Source: an uncultured bacterium (GTDB lineage: Bacteria; Babelota; Babeliae; Babelales; Babelaceae). Taken from it: a stretch of 64,000 bases of DNA. The notes under the pieces are model-generated. The model searched no databases, was not told the origin of the DNA, and saw only the letters and a list, made by a program, of their open reading frames with translations. The position numbers were made by a program, and so were the translations under genes. Shown here in pieces: positions 58,498 through 64,000 of this stretch; the stretch's first letter is position 1, and each line of letters starts with the position of its first letter. The stretch lies in contig CAWGPQ010000014.1 in the NCBI GenBank assembly GCA_963824495.1, positions 32,001-96,000 on the forward strand. The letters are read 5' to 3'.

Positions 58498-59385
58498 ATG
58501 GTTGATTTTCTTAAAGAGCGTCCACTATACGCAGCGTTATCAATAGCTATTTTTGCTATCTTTATTGGCACATGGGTATATAAGTATCAAACACGTGGCG
58601 AAGCTTTTGAATATAGTGTCGACTTTACAGGTGGGACGCAAGTACTATTTGATTTCTCTCAGCCCGTACATGGTACCGCTCTTGTTGATATCTTGGAAAA
58701 GCAAGGATGGCCTGGTATTGTGACCCGTGAATTTTCCCCGCGAGAAATATTAATACGGGTAAAAGAGTATGCAAGTGATGCTAAGGGACTAGCTGAGCGT
58801 ATACGGACTACCCTTGAATCAGCGTTACCAGATACTCAAGTACTTATTAAACAGATTGATAGCGTTGGAGCTGGTGTTGGTGCTTCATTACGATGGAAAT
58901 CAATTCAAGCAGTTCTCGCAGGCCTTATTATCATGCTTATGTATACGTGGTGGCGTTTTAGGTCTTTAGCGTATGGGGTAGGCGTTCTTGTCTCGCTCTT
59001 TCACGATGCCATTGTTATTCTCACGTTTTTCTTACTCTTTGATTATGAAATTTCCCTTAATGTTATTGGTGCCATATTGGCAATACTTGGATATTCTATT
59101 AACGATACTATTGTTATATTTTCGCGAATTCGTGAAAATATTCATCGTTTACGCAATGAACCATTAGAAAATGTAGTTAACATGAGTATTAACGAAACCC
59201 TACGACGTACTCTTTTAACAAGCTTCGCCACATCTTTGGTGGTTATGGCGCTTGTTCTTTTTGGTGGCCCTGTTCTTCGAACGTTATCATTAGCTCTTTT
59301 GGTCGGTATAATCTTTGGAACGTATTCGTCTATTGCGATTGCAAGTCCTGTTATGTTAATGCTCTATAAAGATAAGCGTGTATAA
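58498..59385 (+). CDS. secF: Protein translocase subunit SecF
   Basis: VDFTGGT, HD, GYSINDTIVIFSRIRE, TLRRT, GTYSS. Confidence 0.95.
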   Translation: MVDFLKERPLYAALSIAIFAIFIGTWVYKYQTRGEAFEYSVDFTGGTQVLFDFSQPVHGTALVDILEKQGWPGIVTREFSPREILIRVKEYASDAKGLAERIRTTLESALPDTQVLIKQIDSVGAGVGASLRWKSIQAVLAGLIIMLMYTWWRFRSLAYGVGVLVSLFHDAIVILTFFLLFDYEISLNVIGAILAILGYSINDTIVIFSRIRENIHRLRNEPLENVVNMSINETLRRTLLTSFATSLVVMALVLFGGPVLRTLSLALLVGIIFGTYSSIAIASPVMLMLYKDKRV

Positions 59386-59497
59386 AACGAATTCTTTATA
59401 TATCACAAATAACATGTTTTTTTATTATTCTATGTTTTTATAAAAAATTTTTCTTTTTCGATTCTATTTTATTAATTAATATAAGGAGATTTATGCA

Positions 59498-60772
59498 ATG
59501 AGAGATCAAACATTGCGTGATATGAGCCTTCCTGACCTTAATGTTCAAGCCAGAAGGCTTGGCATTGTTGGAGCAAGTCTTATGTCCAAAGACCAGCTTG
59601 TTTCTACTATTGTTGACCTTGAGAGTCACCCAGATAAAGAGCTTGAGGTTGAGGGAGTGCTGGAGCGTCTTCCCGAGGGATTTGGTTTTTTACGTTCAGT
59701 CAAATTTGATTACGTTTCAGGTCCTGATGACATTTATGTTTCGCCTTCTCAAATTCGTCGATTTAATCTTCGTACGGGTGATACTGTTTCGGGTGTTATA
59801 CGTAAACCTAAAGATGGCGAAAAATACTTTGCCTTGCTTAAAGTTAACAAAATAAACTTTCAAGATCCAGCACTTGTTCTTGACCGCCCTTATTTTGATA
59901 GGTTATCTCCCTTACATCCTGAAAAAAAGTTCAATCTTGAATCAGACCCATCGTTCATTTCGACACGTTTGATGGATATTTTTTCTCCTATTGGTAAGGG
60001 CCAACGTGGTTTGATTGTAGCTCCACCTAAAACAGGTAAAACCGTATTATTAAAAGAGATTGCACAAACACTGGTCATGAATCACCCAGAAGTTTATCTT
60101 ATCTTTCTCTTAGTTGATGAACGTCCAGAAGAAGTGGCTGATATGCGTCGTAGCGTTAAAGGTAAAAACGCTGAAGTAGTAAGCTCGACATTTGACGAAT
60201 CAGCAGATCGGCATGTACAAGTAGCCGAAATAGTTCTGGAAAAAGCAAAGCGCTTAGTTGAAGTTGGCCAGGATGTTGTTATTCTTCTGGATTCTATAAC
60301 CCGCTTAGCCCGTGCGTATAATACTACTGCACCGGCTTCAGGTAAAATTCTGACTGGAGGTATCGACGCTAACGCCCTGCAACGTCCAAAACGTTTCTTT
60401 GGTGCTGCGCGTAATACTGAGGAAGGTGGTTCGCTTACCATTATCGCTACAGCTCTTGTAGAAACCGGTTCACGAATGGACGAGGTGATCTTCGAAGAAT
60501 TTAAAGGTACAGGTAATATGGAAATGCACATGAGCCGTAAATTGGCTAACTTGCGTATATTTCCTGCCTTCGACTTGCTTCTCTCTGGCACTCGACGTGA
60601 AGAACTTTTGTTGCCAGAAAGTGAACTTAACAAAGGTCGTATCTTAAGGAAATTTCTTTCTACAATGAACACGGTAGAAGGAATGGAAGTTCTTATCGAT
60701 AAGATGAGAAAGTGTAAAACTAACGAAGAGTTTCTCGACTCTATGAACAAAAAAAATGGTAGTTCTTGCTAG
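59498..60772 (+). CDS. rho: Transcription termination factor Rho
   Basis: [52 protein letters not shown]. Confidence 0.98.
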   Translation: MRDQTLRDMSLPDLNVQARRLGIVGASLMSKDQLVSTIVDLESHPDKELEVEGVLERLPEGFGFLRSVKFDYVSGPDDIYVSPSQIRRFNLRTGDTVSGVIRKPKDGEKYFALLKVNKINFQDPALVLDRPYFDRLSPLHPEKKFNLESDPSFISTRLMDIFSPIGKGQRGLIVAPPKTGKTVLLKEIAQTLVMNHPEVYLIFLLVDERPEEVADMRRSVKGKNAEVVSSTFDESADRHVQVAEIVLEKAKRLVEVGQDVVILLDSITRLARAYNTTAPASGKILTGGIDANALQRPKRFFGAARNTEEGGSLTIIATALVETGSRMDEVIFEEFKGTGNMEMHMSRKLANLRIFPAFDLLLSGTRREELLLPESELNKGRILRKFLSTMNTVEGMEVLIDKMRKCKTNEEFLDSMNKKNGSSC

Positions 60773-60916
60773 CCACTTGGCATCTATACTCTTGCTGAGA
60801 GTCCGAGAGATTGGCGAAATCCCTGCTTAAATGAGCACATACGCAGTTAGCAATGCACGTGGTAAATCGACGATAGTTATTGGCTAAAAATTATGCTATG
60901 TTAACCCCTAGCATGC

Positions 60917-61531
60917 ATGATGCTTCAAAGTAGCTATTTTTTTACCATGAAGGCGTTTTCTATGGTTATGCTTGTTTCGTGTCCTCAACGGGTTATTGTC
61001 TCGCTTGCAAGTGTGCTACTTTCACCTATAACGCTCCGTGCTCAAGACAAAGCTGTATCAGATAGCACTTTTAATAAGCAGGCTGTGCGTAGTAATGGGT
61101 GTAACTCAACCCATGAAGCTGCTTCAGTAGATACAACAATACGTAGCCAGGAAAAGCTTTTACTGCAGCTTGATAAGCTACCCGTAAAGCCAACGTGTTC
61201 TACTCTAACGTACGAATGCTCAAAATGCTCGACTAGCTTAGCTGATATTATCACGTTTCTCAAAAAGCAAGCACTTTCAAAAGACCGATTGCTTGAGTAT
61301 GCCCCAAATTTAGTGACGCTTATAGCAGGGCTTGCGATAGGCAAATATGTACTTAACGCTCACTATACCAAACTGTCTCAAGAAATACAGCAACTCAAGC
61401 AAGAAAAAGACAAACTCATACAAGTGCTTGGTGCTCATGAAGAAGTTTATAAAAGCGTTCTTGAGCAAATAAGTAAGCATGGGCAGATTATAGAAAAACT
61501 TATTGAGCTGAAAGAATCACCAGCTGAATAA
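60917..61531 (+). CDS. Hypothetical protein with central TM segment and coiled coil
   Basis: Hydrophobic LVTLIAGLAIGKYVL followed by heptad-rich C-terminus; start uncertain. Confidence 0.55.
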   Translation: MMLQSSYFFTMKAFSMVMLVSCPQRVIVSLASVLLSPITLRAQDKAVSDSTFNKQAVRSNGCNSTHEAASVDTTIRSQEKLLLQLDKLPVKPTCSTLTYECSKCSTSLADIITFLKKQALSKDRLLEYAPNLVTLIAGLAIGKYVLNAHYTKLSQEIQQLKQEKDKLIQVLGAHEEVYKSVLEQISKHGQIIEKLIELKESPAE

Positions 61532-61732
61532 AATAATAAGCATGAATCGCAATTTTATGGGTCAGCTTTGCGAAAGTGGTGCTCTAAGCAGAAATTGCTC
61601 GCCAAACTCGAATGCTTTATATCAAGCAAGGCTTGTTAGCAATACACCTTAATCGTTGAAATCAATCGAGAGAAGCGATAACTTAATCCATAAGTCTGTT
61701 GTATAGGTATAGCACATTACGCAAGGGCTCAT

Positions 61733-62827
61733 ATGGTTAAGCATAATCGATACGTTCGTGTAGTTATTATTTCAGTGTTAGCTCATTTAATGATTTCCGA
61801 AGCACGTGTGTATGCTAATGCGGGAGCACCCCTAGCTGCGGGAATCGTTACGGTTGCAACAGTGCCCTTTCTTAAAAGACTTACAGAAAAGACCGAAACT
61901 GGAAAGCCTCTCTATAGGGAGATACTCGAGTTAGCATTGGCGCCAGCTGTTATTTTGATTGTGTGGGCTGCCCTTGGGTGTAAAATAGGCAGTCATACCA
62001 AGCGCATTGATACCGTAGCTCAACAATTAACGCCTGTTCTAGAAAAATTAGGCAAACAAGAAGAAGCTCTTGGCGAACTTCAAAAAATAATAACCGATAA
62101 GTTTAATAGCTTGCATAATCCAGAAGCTGAAAGTAATAAAGGACCAGTTGCTGTCATAATTGATAAGCTTGATGGTCAATTAAGTAAACAAGATCGGCAT
62201 GGTGAAAGTATTAAAGTAATACTTGAAAGACTGAGAAGCTTGTATTCTATAGATTCCGAGTCTACTCGAGCAGTATCTACTGAAATAGTGCACCAACCGG
62301 GAGGTCCGCATGGCGTTCTGAACGTGCTATGTCATGAGATCAAGGCTCAAGTGGAAGAACAGAGCCAATTGTTTTGTAAAAAGTTAGACGATCAAGCGAA
62401 AGCAAATAATGAATGTATTGGGCTTATAGTGCAAGCTTTACAAGCTTTAAAAACTCAACAAGAGAAGCAAGGTGAGGCTATAAGTGCTCTGACTAAAGGG
62501 CTGGCTGAACACGTTACCAAGCTGGGTACACTTGATGAAGCAATCAAAAAATTAAATAATGGCTCAAAAGAACATCATGAAGTTATAGCTTTACTTGCTT
62601 CTATAACAACCGAGCTCAGTGGTACGGTAGCAAATCAAGAAAACGTACTTAGTCAACTTTCAGACAAAAGCGAGAGTGATTCTCTTAAAAGCCAGCTTAT
62701 GATGGCGCAGGCTATGACTAGAAAGGCTGGTGTCATGCATGGCCGAGGTCCGATAATTTCGCCTTTGACACAGCTGATACAGTTGCATCCAGGTTATCTT
62801 GCTTTGGGCAATCAATCGAACTCTTAG
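61733..62827 (+). CDS. Hypothetical protein: signal, two hydrophobic segments, long coiled coil
   Basis: APLAAGIVTVATVPFL and LALAPAVILIVWAALG, then a long helical region. Confidence 0.6.
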   Translation: MVKHNRYVRVVIISVLAHLMISEARVYANAGAPLAAGIVTVATVPFLKRLTEKTETGKPLYREILELALAPAVILIVWAALGCKIGSHTKRIDTVAQQLTPVLEKLGKQEEALGELQKIITDKFNSLHNPEAESNKGPVAVIIDKLDGQLSKQDRHGESIKVILERLRSLYSIDSESTRAVSTEIVHQPGGPHGVLNVLCHEIKAQVEEQSQLFCKKLDDQAKANNECIGLIVQALQALKTQQEKQGEAISALTKGLAEHVTKLGTLDEAIKKLNNGSKEHHEVIALLASITTELSGTVANQENVLSQLSDKSESDSLKSQLMMAQAMTRKAGVMHGRGPIISPLTQLIQLHPGYLALGNQSNS

Positions 62828-62838
62828 GTGATAACGGG

Positions 62839-63867
62839 TTATCGTGAACCTATATCGAGCGTCATGTCAGAAAAAGCACCTTGTTGTGCTTTGTAGTGAC
62901 CAACAAAGGCGATCATGCCGCCATTATCGGTGCAATACTCCGGTGATGGGGTAAAGAAGGGCAAGCCATGGCGTTGAGCAACTGCATGTAAACGTTCACG
63001 AATATAGTTGTTACGAGCAACGCCGCCGACAAAGGTAAGAGCACGTGCCTGAGGGTAATCACGACGAGCACGCTCAACTTTTTGCTCAAATATATCAGCA
63101 ACACAAACGAGAAATGAACTTGCTACCTCTTGTTGCAGTTTTTTGTTATTAGGCTCAAGAAACCTTTTGTCAGTAAGAGAGTAGGCCCCTCGTTTGACAA
63201 GATCATAGAGCACAGCAGTTTTAATGCCAGAAAAACTAAAATTAAGCGTGTGGTCTTTAAGGCGGGGATAATGAAAAAAATCTTTAAACCCTACTTCTCG
63301 TGCAAGTTTTTCTATAATAGGGCCGCCGGGATAGGGCAGATTAAGTGATTTTGCTACTTTATCAAATGCTTCACCTGCAGCGTCATCGAGAGTTTGCCCG
63401 AGTACGGTATAAACACCGTAGCCTTCTATAAGATAGAGTGACGTATGACCCCCGGAAGCAGTGATACAAAGGTGAGGAAAAGGAACGTCATGTTCAATAA
63501 GAGCTGAAAAAGCATGGCCTTCAAGGTGATTGATGCCAATAAGTTTTTTTTGATTGGCGTAAGCAAGGCCCTTGGCAAAACATACTCCTACGAGTAAGGA
63601 ACCAGGTAAGCCAGGTTTATTGGTGACGGCAACCACATCAATATCAGCAAGTGGTGTACTAGCAGCAGTAAGCGATTGCTGTACGATCGTGTTAATTTTT
63701 TCAATTTGAGAGCGTGATGAAAGTTCAGGTACTACGCCACCGTAATATTCATGAACCTCAACCTGTGAGAATAGCTTATTGGAAAGCATGCCTCGCTCTG
63801 TTTGATAAACGGCAACAGCTGTTTCGTCGCATGATGTTTCGATACCCAAAATAGTAAATGATGCCAT
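62839..63867 (-). CDS. tsaD: tRNA N6-threonylcarbamoyltransferase TsaD
   Basis: LGIETSCDET, NHLEGH, SGGHT, DDAAGEAFDKVA, CTDNGGMI. Confidence 0.97.
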   Translation of the reverse strand: MASFTILGIETSCDETAVAVYQTERGMLSNKLFSQVEVHEYYGGVVPELSSRSQIEKINTIVQQSLTAASTPLADIDVVAVTNKPGLPGSLLVGVCFAKGLAYANQKKLIGINHLEGHAFSALIEHDVPFPHLCITASGGHTSLYLIEGYGVYTVLGQTLDDAAGEAFDKVAKSLNLPYPGGPIIEKLAREVGFKDFFHYPRLKDHTLNFSFSGIKTAVLYDLVKRGAYSLTDKRFLEPNNKKLQQEVASSFLVCVADIFEQKVERARRDYPQARALTFVGGVARNNYIRERLHAVAQRHGLPFFTPSPEYCTDNGGMIAFVGHYKAQQGAFSDMTLDIGSR

Positions 63868-64000
63868 GATATAGTAACAGTTACAGGTGAGGCCGGATCA
63901 AGTCCGGTCTTTTGATTATGGACATAATACTTGCTTGGTCACGTTTAGTTTCGCATTCAATTTTACCATGAACTGTATCAGTATCAAAAGCAAACACCGT

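Noticed and set aside
60094..60750. 218-aa minus-strand ORF
   Set aside because: Antisense shadow of rho; no recognisable motifs
63889..63913. Hairpin GGCCGGATCAAGTCCGGTC resembling REP/RPE-like palindromes
   Set aside because: Single short copy at the window edge; cannot be distinguished from a terminator or coding sequence

Overview
A 64-kb, AT-rich bacterial chromosome segment. It mixes scattered housekeeping genes (alaS, orn, ruvA, tRNA-Gly, jag-mnmE, rne/rng, gatB, glyA, efp-nusB, priA, polA, thyX, rpmA-secF, rho, tsaD) with many signal-peptide proteins carrying eukaryote-like domains. This content suggests an intracellular protist parasite such as Candidatus Dependentiae/Babeliae (inference, not verified). 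The main unexplained structure is a dispersed family of minus-strand ankyrin cassettes. Each has a sigma70 promoter and a conserved ~40-nt leader, then a signal peptide usually ending in xxSM, shuffled ankyrin modules, one or two F-box-like motifs and an Asn/Ser/Pro tail. The family includes decayed copies and one 'empty' cassette (promoter fused directly to the tail) upstream of glyA. Other points: a tandem Ddl-Ddl fusion whose halves carry Tyr versus Phe omega-loop signatures, plus two VanX-like dipeptidases; a frameshifted CdiI-like immunity gene absent from the ORF track; an orphan IS200/IS605 right end (omega-RNA-like) with no tnpB; a MazE/AbrB-like gene with an 11-bp-phased triple operator; a PepE/deacetylase chimera; and a COLGALT-like glycosyltransferase. 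All calls come from reading motifs by eye; no searches were run.
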